Of a stretch of DNA of 64,000 nucleotides, positions 47,200 to 59,005 are shown piece after piece. Position numbers and translations under genes: made by a program. Each line of letters opens with the position of its first letter. The first letter of the stretch is position 1. The notes under the pieces are model-generated. The model was not told the origin of the DNA and searched no databases. It saw only the letters and a list, made by a program, of their open reading frames with translations. The stretch is taken from assembly GCF_009914755.1 (NCBI RefSeq), contig NC_060934.1; one strand, given 5' to 3'. This DNA is from the human T2T-CHM13v2.0 reference genome, Homo sapiens.

Positions 47200-47867
47200 A
47201 TGAACTCGTGGGACGCGGGCCTGGCGGGGCTACTGGTGGGCACGATGGGCGTCTCGCTGCTGTCCAACGCGCTGGTGCTGCTCTGCCTGCTGCACAGCGC
47301 GGACATCCGCCGCCAGGCGCCGGCGCTCTTCACCCTGAACCTCACGTGCGGGAACCTGCTGTGCACCGTGGTCAACATGCCGCTCACGCTGGCCGGCGTC
47401 GTGGCGCAGCGGCAGCCGGCGGGCGACCGCCTGTGCCGCCTGGCTGCCTTCCTCGACACCTTCCTGGCTGCCAACTCCATGCTCAGCATGGCCGCGCTCA
47501 GCATCGACCGCTGGGTGGCCGTGGTCTTCCCGCTGAGCTACCGGGCCAAGATGCGCCTCCGCGACGCGGCGCTCATGGTGGCCTACACGTGGCTGCACGC
47601 GCTCACCTTCCCAGCCGCCGCGCTCGCCCTGTCCTGGCTCGGCTTCCACCAGCTGTACGCCTCGTGCACGCTGTGCAGCCGGCGGCCGGACGAGCGCCTG
47701 CGCTTCGCCGTCTTCACTGGCGCCTTCCACGCTCTCAGCTTCCTGCTCTCCTTCGTCGTGCTCTGCTGCACGTACCTCAAGGTGCTCAAGGTGGCCCGCT
47801 TCCATTGCAAGCGCATCGACGTGATCACCATGCAGACGCTCGTGCTGCTGGTGGACCTGCACCCCAG
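47200..47867 (+). CDS. GPR26: GPR26 coding exon 1 (N-terminus to TM5/ICL3 of an orphan class A GPCR)
   Basis: ATG at 47200 gives MNSWDAGLAGLLVGTMGVSLLSNALV...SIDRWVAVVFPLSY...DLHP, with five hydrophobic segments and a DRW variant of the DRY motif; recognised as GPR26. Ends at donor CCAG|GTGAGC (GT 47868-47869); 668 nt, phase 2. Confidence 0.97.
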
Positions 47868-48351
47868 GTGAGCCGAGCGCAGCTAAGGCTCTGGGAACAG
47901 CCTCGCGGGATCTCGGCGGGAGTGGGAGGTCCCTAGCCCCAGGGGCTCTTTTCCACCGAGCCTCTGTTTCTTCTGAGAACTCGAGGGTGGGGAAAGCGGC
48001 CCAGCTGTGGGGCTTAAGGAGGTGCTTAGGGTATCAGCAAACCAGGGCCACAAAAAATGCGGGTGAGCCCATCTATACATCGGTTTTTGAAGCATCAGGG
48101 TAGAAATCACAGACAGTCAGAACTCTGTTGGGCTTCTTCATGCACATTTTCTGTGTTTGTAGCTTTCACTTTAAATGGCACATGGGAAGTCCGTGGTCTT
48201 TGTTCCCTATTAAAGACCTTCAAAGTGTTTGATTCTGGCCGAGAGGGCGGCCTCGATGCTTAGGGAGCTCCTTAAGAGCTTTTCAGACCCAAGTGTGTCG
48301 CTTCTCTGAGTCTTTCCCTTCTCGGGTGTGTGGCGCTGCCTCTGTCTCACG

Positions 48352-48353
<2 letters not shown>

Positions 48354-48397
<44 letters not shown>
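48354..48397 (+). repeat. (TG)n microsatellite in GPR26 intron 1
   Basis: Direct read, ~490 nt after the exon 1 donor. Confidence 0.95.
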
Positions 48398-48400
<3 letters not shown>

Positions 48401-51400
48401 TCTGATGGACTTGGGCTGCGTCCTTCTCTGTGGTGGGCCCTGAGGGGTGGGGTGGGGGGCTCTTCCTGCCCTCCCCAGAGAGCACTGTCCAATGTCTGCC
48501 TGACTTGGTGCCTAGAGGCTCCTGCAGAAGGAGTGTGCCCCAAGGCTCCTGGGGCTGAATCTGCCCCCACCTCCGTCGTCACGCTGGCTGCTGTTCTCAG
48601 GAGGGCAGATGGAGCTGGGCAAGCATGGGTACCCTCTGGGAACCCCTGCCATCGCAGGAGCCTGTCAGGGAGAGAAGGAGGGAACTCTTAGCTGCGCTGT
48701 CCTGAGCTCACCTCAGCTTTCCCCAGGAGAATAGGAAATCGAGGAGGGAAACAGCTGGCAGCGTCTGGACTCTGCTATTTTACATCCTGTTGTCCCAGGG
48801 GAAGGCAGGCTCCCTGCTCTGTGTCCTGGGACCCTAGATAAGGGGGTGCTGGGGTCCAGATGGTGTCGCAGGTGAGGCAGGCAGAGAGCTCTGACAGGGC
48901 CAGCGAGGGCCTTCCGTGTGGGAGAACCCTGGGAACCCAGGGGAGCCTCGGGGCAGAGGAAGCTCTATCCTCTGGTGGATATGTTCCACACCAGGGTTGA
49001 AGGGGACAGGCTGGAGGTGTCAGGCTGAGCATTCTGAGTATTTCCTGCACGAGAGCAGTAACAAGCAGTCCTTGACCTTCACAATGCCGACACATTGAAG
49101 GGCAAGTGTGCACGTGTTCATTGTCCCCCTGAGCACAGCCATTCCTGATTACACACTGGACCAATCTTCCAGCCACAGAATCCCCACAGATTCAGGAACA
49201 GAATGTACATGTGAGTGACTGAGAGCACATAGATACCAGGCCATGTAAACGTGGGAGCTCCACACACAATCTCATGTGTTCACACATAAACTGTATATGT
49301 ACCAGACAGCTGGCCATGTGTACACAGGTTTACAGGAGTGACACGAGTGCATTCTGCCACAAAGACATACATTGGCTGTCACAGCACATGTCTCTGCATG
49401 GTTCAGTGTCCTTCAAGGAAATATTTGCAGCCACAGTTGCAGAGCTATTGCCCTTTCCATGACTCAGAGCTGAGAGGCTCTTCCTTAGAGGGTGCATCCT
49501 TAGCGCTTGGGCTGGGACTGCTCTTAGAAGATGTAGGGCAATGTTGTTTAACTCCCGGGACTAAAGACTCCTAGAGGGGGCCCTCTCACCATGAGTCTAA
49601 CAGCGGAGGAGGGTTGAGCTGGGAGTGGAACCAGTTCTTATTTAGAGCAGTACAAACTGCATTCCCACTCTTCCTCCAACTTCCAGAAGAGGAGGGGCCG
49701 TGGTTCCTGTTCAGCCTATTTGGGATGTAGGGCCAGCTCCACTCCTGCAAATCCCTCTGGCCGATGTCAGGCCAGACACTGCAGAGAGAGTCCTGGGGTC
49801 TCAGGAGTGGAGGCAGCTACTCTGCTTGCCTTCGATTTCCCCTCCATTCCTCTGGGAGGACCTTGATCTCTTCCTAGCCCCGGGCTGCTTTGAAGAGCCC
49901 CTGCTCCCAGTGCCCTGGGACCCTCCAGGCCCAGTCTCGTTGGAGAGAGAAAAGACTTCTGGGGCCGGGGTTGCCATCGGCCAGTGCCAACAGGCTCCCT
50001 GGACTAATGCTCCCTGAGGTCATGGAATAGTGGCAGACCTGATAGCACTGCCCCTTTAGTGAATACAAACTTGTCCTTCTCTGAGGGGTTGATCCCCGCC
50101 AAGCATGTGGGAGGGACAACACAGGAGGGGATGACCAGTCCTCAAGAGACCCTGACAGCCAGTCCACCAGCTTCTATCTTGACAGCACTAAACTCTTCCT
50201 CCCTACAAATGAGCAAGTACAGAGCTAGCTCAGGGGCTGCCCCAGGCACCACCAGTCTCAGGCAGTGAGCCTCTCAGGGCCATTCGGTGCTGAGAGCCTG
50301 TAGGACCCGGGAGTGCTGGTCTTGGGCAGCAGGAGCTGGCTTCTCCCTCTGGACAGCCAGGACAGCAGCCGGAGTCTTTGCTCACTGGAAGTTTTGTCAG
50401 CCTCCACACTGATGGCCTGCTAGGACTTAATTACAAAGGACCTGTTTTGAGGACCCAGGGTGGCATTTGTCTTTGTCAGGAAGCTCCTGGTGGTGTCTGC
50501 TCTACCTGCAGGATGTTTGGCACCATAAGTAGCAGTCCTCACCACTTTGCTTCAGCCACCTCCAAAATACCCGGGACCCTCTCTTCTTAATTCAATCTGG
50601 GACCCTGGCCCTGGGAAGCATTCCGCACTCCTGCCTTTCTGTGGTGATTTCTTGAGTTACGTTTCTGAAGCAGTTTGGAGTTTCTAATATTTGTTAAACA
50701 CCTGGTGCTCCATCTGAATGAGCAGCATTCACTTCTCCCAAACCATAGCTGGGGACTAGTTATAGGCAGCCCCTCTCCCTGGTGCTCCCAGGCATGGCAG
50801 AGCAGGTGGGCCCCAGGGTATGGTTGCAAGGACCTTGCTCTTCCCTGACTCACTGGCTTGGCTTAGTGATTCAACAGAAACAGAATGTTGATGATGAGGT
50901 CTCAAAGGGAAGCAGTGCCAAACCTAACTGGAGCTTCCTCTGAGGCTGCCCCAGGCTCTGCTGGTTCCCCCAGTGTGTCCTCTGTGTCCTGTGAGCAATG
51001 TCTGCAGATGTTGCCTGAGTGGCTGACTCTGGAGGGTGTCAGAATTGTGGCTCAGTAGACAGGAACTACACTGTGCCCTTGACTTTACAGATGAGAAAAT
51101 GAGAGACCCAATTTTCTAAGAGAAGAGAAGCACTCGCCTAATTCAACAGATCTAGAAAGTGTCTCAAGCTAAGACTCACACTCAGGTCTGCCCCTAAGAT
51201 TTATGGATGGAGCAAATAGTGCAAATGGAGGCTCACCAACTGTGTCTATAGAGACTTAGATGTTCTATATTCAGCTTACAAACTGTTAAATGTGTTCTGC
51301 CCTCCTGCCTTGGTGAATATACCTTTATAATGACCGGCAAGGCTGGGTTCGCATTTAGAATTCTCAGGCTCCTTGGGGATCAACCTCATATGTGCTGGGA

Positions 51401-52118
51401 GAGCCGAGCTGGCCCACCTGCCTTGCCTCCCACCCCAGCTCTAACCAGCACCACGAGGGGCCTCCCTTGCACACTGCACGTTGCACACCCATATTCCATG
51501 CACGTGTGTTGCTCACAAACACCACCCCTCAGGCGTCTAGCTGGGCACACAGATGGCACAGTCTATCCTCAGGAGGGTGGGACCAGGGGAGATGCCCACA
51601 CATGTCTTGCAGGCAGGATGAGGGCGTTTGGGCAAAGAATTCCATGTTTTAGGCATTTAGAGCTTGGTTTGGAATGGAAAGTCGGGGCTGTAGGTAGGCA
51701 CATCCCCTTAGCCCTATGAACTCTTTGTTGTGTGGGGAGGGATGAGGGACTCTTAATGTGCAGGGCCCAGGGCAGGGGTCCCTCTTGCTGGATTTGAGGG
51801 CCAGACTGCTTATGCCAGTGTCCTGACCCCAAACTCAGGGCTCTTGCCCTCCATCAGTCGGCTTGTTCCCTTGCCTTAAAAGCCAGAAAAACCAATCTGA
51901 GTCACTCCTTAAATACTCAGAGCGTGGGCTCTGGCTGGACTTTAGTTGTCTAGGGATCCTTCAGGACCCTGGCCCCTTGTGGAGAGAAGGGAGGTGTCTG
52001 TGGATGGAAGGTTTTAGCTGAGATCACCTCGTTGATTGACTTTTCAGATATTCCCAGAATGTGCCATCCCCTCTGCCCTATGACTGGAGCCGCTGGGGAA
52101 CATCTCTTCCACCCCACA

Positions 52119-52373
52119 TGTCATAATGCTGGAGGGCCTGTCTCCTTTTGTCTCAAGGAAACTGTTGTGTCACAGCCTCGGGACCTCTCCCCTCCCCCGC
52201 TCAGCCACACCAACACACATGCTCGCACTCTGGCTGAACAGTACCTGTCACAATGCTGGAGGGCCTGTCTCCTTTTGTCTCAAGGAAACTGTCATGTCAC
52301 AGCCTTGGGACCTCCTCCCTCCCCCACTCAGCCACACCTGCACACATGCTCGCACTCTGACTGAACGTACCTG
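52119..52373 (+). repeat. Two-copy 127-bp tandem duplication
   Basis: Copies begin at 52119 and 52246; ~11 differences by hand count (~91% identity). Confidence 0.95.
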
Positions 52374-53507
52374 ACCGGGTTGCCTCGGGAGAGCTTTGAA
52401 CCTCACACGCTCTGCACCATAGATTCTGCCTGCAGGTCTGAGGACTCTGGGTACCACCACCAGGCCCAGGGATGTTTGAGAATGCCCGCCACTCAGTGAT
52501 TCTATGGCAGGCAGTGGGGTCTCAGGGAGCCACCCCAGAACTCACTCAGGAGACCTGGGAAGAGCCCTGACTCTGTCCTGAATTCTCTGTGTAACCTTGG
52601 GCATGTTGTAAACTTCCCAGTCCTCAGTGTTCTCATCTGAATATAAGTAAAATAACAGCTCATAGGGCTGCAAGATTTCAAGGAGCTCAGTTTTGCAAAG
52701 CTATGGAGGGGGACAAAATGACAGCAAGTGCAAAGTGATGTTGTTCTGGGAGCGGGTGAGCTGTTCTCATACTGTGCTTAAATAATAATCATAATAATAA
52801 GCAAGAGGGCCGTGATGTTTCCCTCGGAGCCTGGGGATGGCTCTGCCTTGCTCACCTCTTGCCACCTCCCTGTTCTCACCTGGAAAGCAGGAGAGCCCCA
52901 GGCAGAGGAGATGGATTCATCCTTTTCTTTTGGAAGATTTCAGGAAATGAGTGATGTGGCTCCTGACTAGGAGCACCAGACTAGAAGCCAGTGACTGGAT
53001 GCTAGCCCCACCTGCACTGTACTCCCTGAGTGGAAAAATCACTCTCTCTTTTGAGCCTCAGTTTCCCCCATCTGTGATCTGGGGTGCGTGGATGAGCCGA
53101 CCTTTCATACTATACATGGCTGTGGAGTCTTTTAGCTGGTCTGTCCCAAAGCAGAGGCATGACCGGGCCCATGTGGATGTGAACCCCAGGCACAGCACCC
53201 ACTGTGTAGACACCCTTTGGGCTCCATGGCAGGCCCGGTGCCATTAAGGTTAGGAAATCATGTCCACCAGGTCCCTGGAGGCCCAGGGAGGGTCACAGAG
53301 CCAGCACAAGCATCAGATCTCCACCTCAGGCCTCCTGACTCTTGGTTCACTCTTGTTGCACCTTTGGCACAGTCTCTGGTTACAGCTGTCTCTGTCAAAT
53401 GCATAGGGCAGGAAGAGAACTTCTGCAGTGGGGGGAGCTCTGTGGCTTTGGAGGTGGTGCACATGGCCCCAGAGTCAGAAGGTCTGGGTTCAGGTCCTGC
53501 CATCACC

Positions 53508-53646
53508 TAGAGTGACGAACCGTCCTGGTTTGCCCGAGGTAGAGGAGGGATTCTCAGATCTGAGCCTTTTCCTTTTAAAACTTGGATAGTCTCCTGCAAA
53601 CTGTTCAGGAACAGTCCCAGATAAACTGGAACAATTGGTCACCCTA
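53508..53646. mobile_element. MER94/MER81-type hAT-Blackjack MITE inside a MIR
   Basis: TIRs TAGAGTGAC...GTCACCCTA; 8-bp TSD CCATCACC/TCACCACC. Confidence 0.75.
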
Positions 53647-54689
53647 TCACCACCATTTTCCCACTGTGTGATCTTGGGCCAGTTTCTTAACACTTCTGTA
53701 ATTTATATCTTCTCATCTGAAAAATGGGGACCATGATGATATCAGTCCCTCACTCACATAAATGTTGTGAGTTTTAAATAAATGAATAATTCCCCATCAC
53801 GATATCTAGCATGGCACACATATTATAGACTCAAGAAATGTGAGTTGCTAATTAATATTAATTTCTAGAAATTAATTAGTAATATTAGTCATGAGTAATA
53901 CATTTTCAGCCAGGACGAAATCTGTTTGTACCAAGCCCAACTCCAGTTCTCAACTCTTTAAATTCCTGGAAATGCAAAAGTCAGGGGGAAAAATCTTGGA
54001 AGAATTTTAGGAGGCTTCAGTCTAAACTAATGTGAAATTGTCCATCTGTGATAGGAAATCTAGTTAAGAGGAGTTTTGATTAAGTATCAAAATCATGAGT
54101 CTCCTGGCAGGCAGGGAAGGCTGCCCTGGCATTAGCGATGTACATGAACCTGGCTCATGAATATTCTCTCCACTGCTTGCATTTTTTTAACAGACTGCCT
54201 ATTTTTGGAGCCAGGCCACTGCAGCTCAGGCTTGGCACTGCCAAGTTATCTTCACTTCCTGGGCAACTGTGTCCACAGTCTTCTTTCCTGTTCATTTTTG
54301 ATCCTCTGGAAAGGTCCCACAGCAGAGTGGAGCAGAAACAGGGTTACAGTTGGAGGCACAGGTGGCTCTTGATTCCATCCTCAAAGCTATGTCATTGATT
54401 CCATGGGGATTTGGGAGTCTCTTAGCTTCTTCAAGCTTGGTCCCTGGAGGAACCAAGTGACTCCTTCAATGACCCCATCATGTGGTGTCCATAGCTCCAG
54501 GCAGGGATGAGGCTGTGGATGGAAGAAGCATGAAGAAGTGGAGGAAAGGAAGCCTCATGCCACATACTGTGTGCATGGAGTCCAGGCTGCCTCAGATGTA
54601 AAAGACCAGCTTTGAGTCATGCACGAGGGTTCAAATCCTGCCTCCACTTAAGCAAATCACTTGGCCTCACAGAGCTTATGCTTTTCATT

Positions 54690-55072
<383 letters not shown>

Positions 55073-55612
55073 TAAACCAGGGCAGGTAAAAACTTTCCTT
55101 GCAGGTAAAACACACCTGCCAGGATTAACTGTGGTAAAGAGAAGAATCTGAGATACTACTTAGAGAGTGGGGCACTCTGGAGCCAGCCCATAGCAGATGA
55201 TCAGTGAATGATATGAGCAATAATAAGAGGTAATGTTTAATGTTTCTTTGTACTGACTTGGGCACTGTGCCGGTGGCTTTGTGTGCTTCACACATGGAAT
55301 GCATTCCATGCATCTCTGTGCTTTATGCATTTAATTCTCAAAACAGCCTCTTGTAGCATTTTATTACATTATGTGTAATACACTAAAATATATGATGCAT
55401 ATTATTATTTTACACAGGAGGACCTTGAGGCTTAGTAATGTCACACTGCTTGCCCAAGGTCAATAGCTACAGCCAAGAGTTGACGCTGGGTCTTTCCGAC
55501 TCCATAGTCAAGTTCTCACACTAGAGACTGCTGCCTGTGTTAGTAAATAGTGCCTCATCCTGACCTAGCAAGGGTGCCTCGTAGTTCACCTTCTCTCCTC
55601 TCTCACATGCAG

Positions 55613-55726
55613 TGTGCGGGAACGCTGTCTGGAGGAGCAGAAGCGGAGGCGACAGCGAGCCACCAAGAAGATCAGCACCTTCATAGGGACCTTCCTTGTG
55701 TGCTTCGCGCCCTATGTGATCACCAG
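55613..55726 (+). CDS. GPR26: GPR26 coding exon 2 (ICL3-TM6)
   Basis: Polypyrimidine tract plus CAG acceptor (AG 55611-55612). Joined to exon 1 (AG+T=Ser) it reads SVRERCLEEQKRRRQRATKKISTFIGTFLVCFAPYVIT; donor CCAG|GTGAGC at 55727. 114 nt. This frame is not in the ORF track. Confidence 0.96.
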
Positions 55727-56589
55727 GTGAGCCTGATTGGCAGGTGTGTCTTGGGACTTTGAAGAGTAAGGCAGGGCCCAGTGACCTTTAGCAGTGGCAG
55801 CCTCTCTTGGCCACACGTTCTTCTGCACGGTGTGTTGTGGGGGGCAAGAGTGAACTTGCCAGATTTAGTGAACAGGAGGCTGCTTGCTTTTCCTCTCCAC
55901 CCTCGAATTCTTTTGGATTCAACTCAGAACCCAAAGGGTGTGAAAGACTCTCTCCCACTCGATTTCTAAATCACATAATTACACCCTTTATCCCAGGCTC
56001 CCAACCCCCAGGAGGCCCTAAAGAGAAGGAGAAGGTGAGAGAAGACAGAGGGAAACATCATCTTCCCCAAAACCCAGCTCCCCACATCCTGCTTTACTGC
56101 CCACTGAATGCAAGATGGCCCAACCCCCAGGTGTCCCCAACCTGAACACCCAGGTCAACAGCAAAGTCACCTGCCACCTGCACAGGGAGCAGGTAGCATG
56201 CTCTGTGTCCAGCCAGGTGGGCATACTTGTCCTGTGGCTCAGGGGCTCTTCCACTGTTAGGCCAGGTGCTGTGAGGCTTGTTGTGTTCTCTACCAGATCT
56301 CCAGATCCTCGAGCCAGCCAAGGTTGCAATACACTAGCCTTGGGTTGTGTATCTCTCAAGCCAGCTTGCTCTAACTGGAGCACTCCCCACATGTGTTAGC
56401 CAGAAAGAAGGAAAATATATATTACTCAATCAGTTTTGTGCACTGGAGGGAAAATAAAAACTCCAGAACTTTGCATCTAAAGGGGCTTAACTAGTTGAGA
56501 AGTTGACAATAAAAAAGGAACTTTGATGGTTATTAGAAGGTGGATATGGAAGCTTTCATTGAATCTGGGAAGCAGCATCTGTGCAGGGT

Positions 56590-56593
<4 letters not shown>

Positions 56594-56625
<32 letters not shown>

Positions 56626-56636
56626 TGTGTGTGTGT

Positions 56637-56695
<59 letters not shown>

Positions 56696-56696
56696 A
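56594..56696 (+). repeat. Compound (TG)n with TAC interruptions followed by (GA)n
   Basis: Direct read. Confidence 0.95.
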
Positions 56697-57187
56697 CCCA
56701 GAAAAAGAACAGATCCCAGCTGCCAGCAGCCCCCAGCATCCTCAGCTGCAGGAACCAGGAGGGGCACCCCTGCCTCACCATCACTCAGCATCTTGCACAC
56801 CCCAGTGAGGAGGGGGCCCTGTGGACAGTTCGCCCTGTTTCCTCCCATTTGTCCTTACACTCAGCTGAAGCATGATTTGCTCTGGCCTCTGCCGCTGCTC
56901 CCAGTTCTTCTTTCTGCCATCCAGGAGGCTGTCCTCTACTCACAGGAGCCCCTGTGGATTGCAGACACTGGGTCTGACTTCCTGGAGTCCAGCTCTCTTC
57001 TTCTTTTCCCCAGATAGACAACTCTGGGGTGCCTTCCCCTGTCTTCTGTGGCATGCTGCTTTCTCTAGGGGAGATCTAGTTAGCGTGTGTCTCATTTTGA
57101 ACGTGGAACCAAGGCCTGTCTGCAGGTCTCTGGATGGGTCTGACTGGAGCAGAACTATTGGTTCTTCTTTCTAAAACTGTCCGCTAG

Positions 57188-57419
57188 ACCTCAGCACCAC
57201 CGACATTCTATGCCAGATACTTATTTGGTGCCAGGAGCTGTCCTGGGCATCATGGGGTGTTCAGCAGCATCCCTGGCCTCTACCCAGGGGATGCCAGTAG
57301 CACCTCCTAGTGAGGCAGGGGTACCTTTCCAGTCCTTCTAAATTTTGATAACTAAAAATGTCTTCAGACATCACCAAATGCTCCCTGGAGACCAGAATCA
57401 CCCCTGGTTGAGAACCAGT
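57188..57419 (+). mobile_element. MER20 hAT relic
   Basis: AGCAGCATCCCTGGCCTCTACCCA...GATGCCAGTAGCAC, AAAAATGTCTTCAGACAT, GGTTGAGAACCA. Confidence 0.8.
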
Positions 57420-58634
57420 AGTCTAGACCCACCACATCTAGCCAGGAAGCCACAGCTTACATCATTCAGGGTTTTCCACAAGACACAAAGCCCAGGCGAC
57501 AGAGGAGAAAGGATTTCTGTTGCTCCCTAAGTGAGGCGTGGCAGAGGACTTAGCAGCATGACTCTGGAGTGTGCCTCTCCAGAGCCCAAACCTCAGCTCC
57601 CCCACATCCTGCTGTGTGACTTTGGGTCAGTGATGTGGCCTCTCTGGGCCTCCAGAAAGGAGTGCAGTGTTGTGAGGATCTAAGGACAGGGACCATGGAG
57701 ACAGGCAGCACAGGCCTGCAGAGGACATCTGTGGTCTTCACTCTCCTTCCCTCTGGCACTTACAGCACCATCCACAGTGCCCCTGCCCCGGACTGGCTGC
57801 TGCACCAAGAGGGGATTTGATCCAGTGTGGGAAGGTGCATCAGACAGGGAGGGCACACAGAGTGCCTCCTCTTAGGTCCCAGAAGCCGGACAGCCGTGGG
57901 CTAATGAGGTGAATGGGCACCCTCAGAGGATAGGTGACACGGCTCCAACTTCAAACTATTGGACTTTTCTCTGGCTTAATTTCATTTCCCAACAACATTT
58001 TCCTTTTAAAAAAAAAATTACAGCTAGGTTCTCTCTAATAGTGCCCAGGAAGTAACGTTTCAGTAAAATGGATGATGATGGATTACAACTCAATATGCTC
58101 CCTCCAAATGGATTTGATGCATCTTGGGTTTTAAAAACATTCACAGAACAGTTCATCCTCCATGGGGATGAGCAGCACCTTACCCGGGAGAGAAGCAATG
58201 CCCAGGAAACCTCATGAGTACAAAATATGTCTGGCAGAACCCCGCCGGGCCCCACTGCCACCACCCCGGCTGCTCCTGCCTTGGCTTTCTCATGTGTGTG
58301 GAGGTGCCATCCTAAGAACACCTCCTAAAATGAGCACACACCCACATTCCAGGCCAGCACATCTCTAGAGCACCTTTTCTGTGGAGCATAAAAGAATCCC
58401 TCCAGCGGAGGCATGGGTTGGTGCGACCCCGGGAGTTCCCCTCTGCTGGGGACATTGATCTTGTAGTCCTCTAACCCAGATGGAGCACTGTGTCATGGGA
58501 AAGGCCCAGGCTCCACAGGTTCTGGGGCAGGAATGAGCTCTCACAGCTGGGGCTTCACGGACAAGCCTTGTGAAGTGGGCCTGGCTGTTCAGGGCAACTG
58601 TCCAGGGAGAAGGGACAGCATGAGCCAGGTCTAG

Positions 58635-59005
58635 AGCTGTGCTGTCCAGCACGGGGGCCACCAGCAACAGGTGGCTACAGGGCACTTGAAACATGGCCTG
58701 TCCAGATAGATATGCTATAGGTTTAAAAACACACGAGCTCTGAGACTTAGCATGACACACTCTATATATGAAATTAATACATTTTTGGCCAGGGTCAGCA
58801 GCTGACACCTGTCATCCCAGGGCTTTGGGAGGCCAAGGTGGGAGGATTACTTGAGGCCAGGGGTTTGAGACCAGTCAGGGCAACATAGTGAGACCTCTTT
58901 CTCTGAAAAAACATTTAAAATAATAACTAGTAATTTTATATAGAATTCATAGTGAAATGATAAAGTTAAATAAAATATGTAATTAAAATTAATTGCACCT
59001 GTTTC
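58635..59005 (+). mobile_element. MER3/MER33-type relic with nested FLAM (58787-58920)
   Basis: GCTGTCCAGCA...GCCACCAGC...GTGGCTAC...GCACTTGAAACATGGC; sense Alu monomer inside. Confidence 0.65.

Larger units (their letters stand above)
46760..47930. promoter_or_regulatory. CpG island over the GPR26 promoter, 5' leader and exon 1
   Basis: Very high GC and dense CpG against CpG-depleted flanks; boundaries approximate. Confidence 0.9.

Noticed and set aside
46476-47504. 342-aa minus-strand ORF and other long ORFs overlapping exon 1 (46467-47177, 47208-47936, 47230-47862)
   Set aside because: Stop-poor shadows of the GC-rich CpG island and GPR26 codon bias; low-complexity products, two of them GTG-started, with no recognisable domain.
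47056-47871. 271-aa ORF as the complete gene product
   Set aside because: It starts at a GTG and its stop lies in the intron 1 donor; the recognised CDS starts at 47200 and splices at 47867.
57190-57781. RE1-like words CTCAGCACCACCGACA (57190) and TACAGCACCATCCACAGTGCC (57761)
   Set aside because: Both lack the GGA core of the right half-site; the first lies in MER20.
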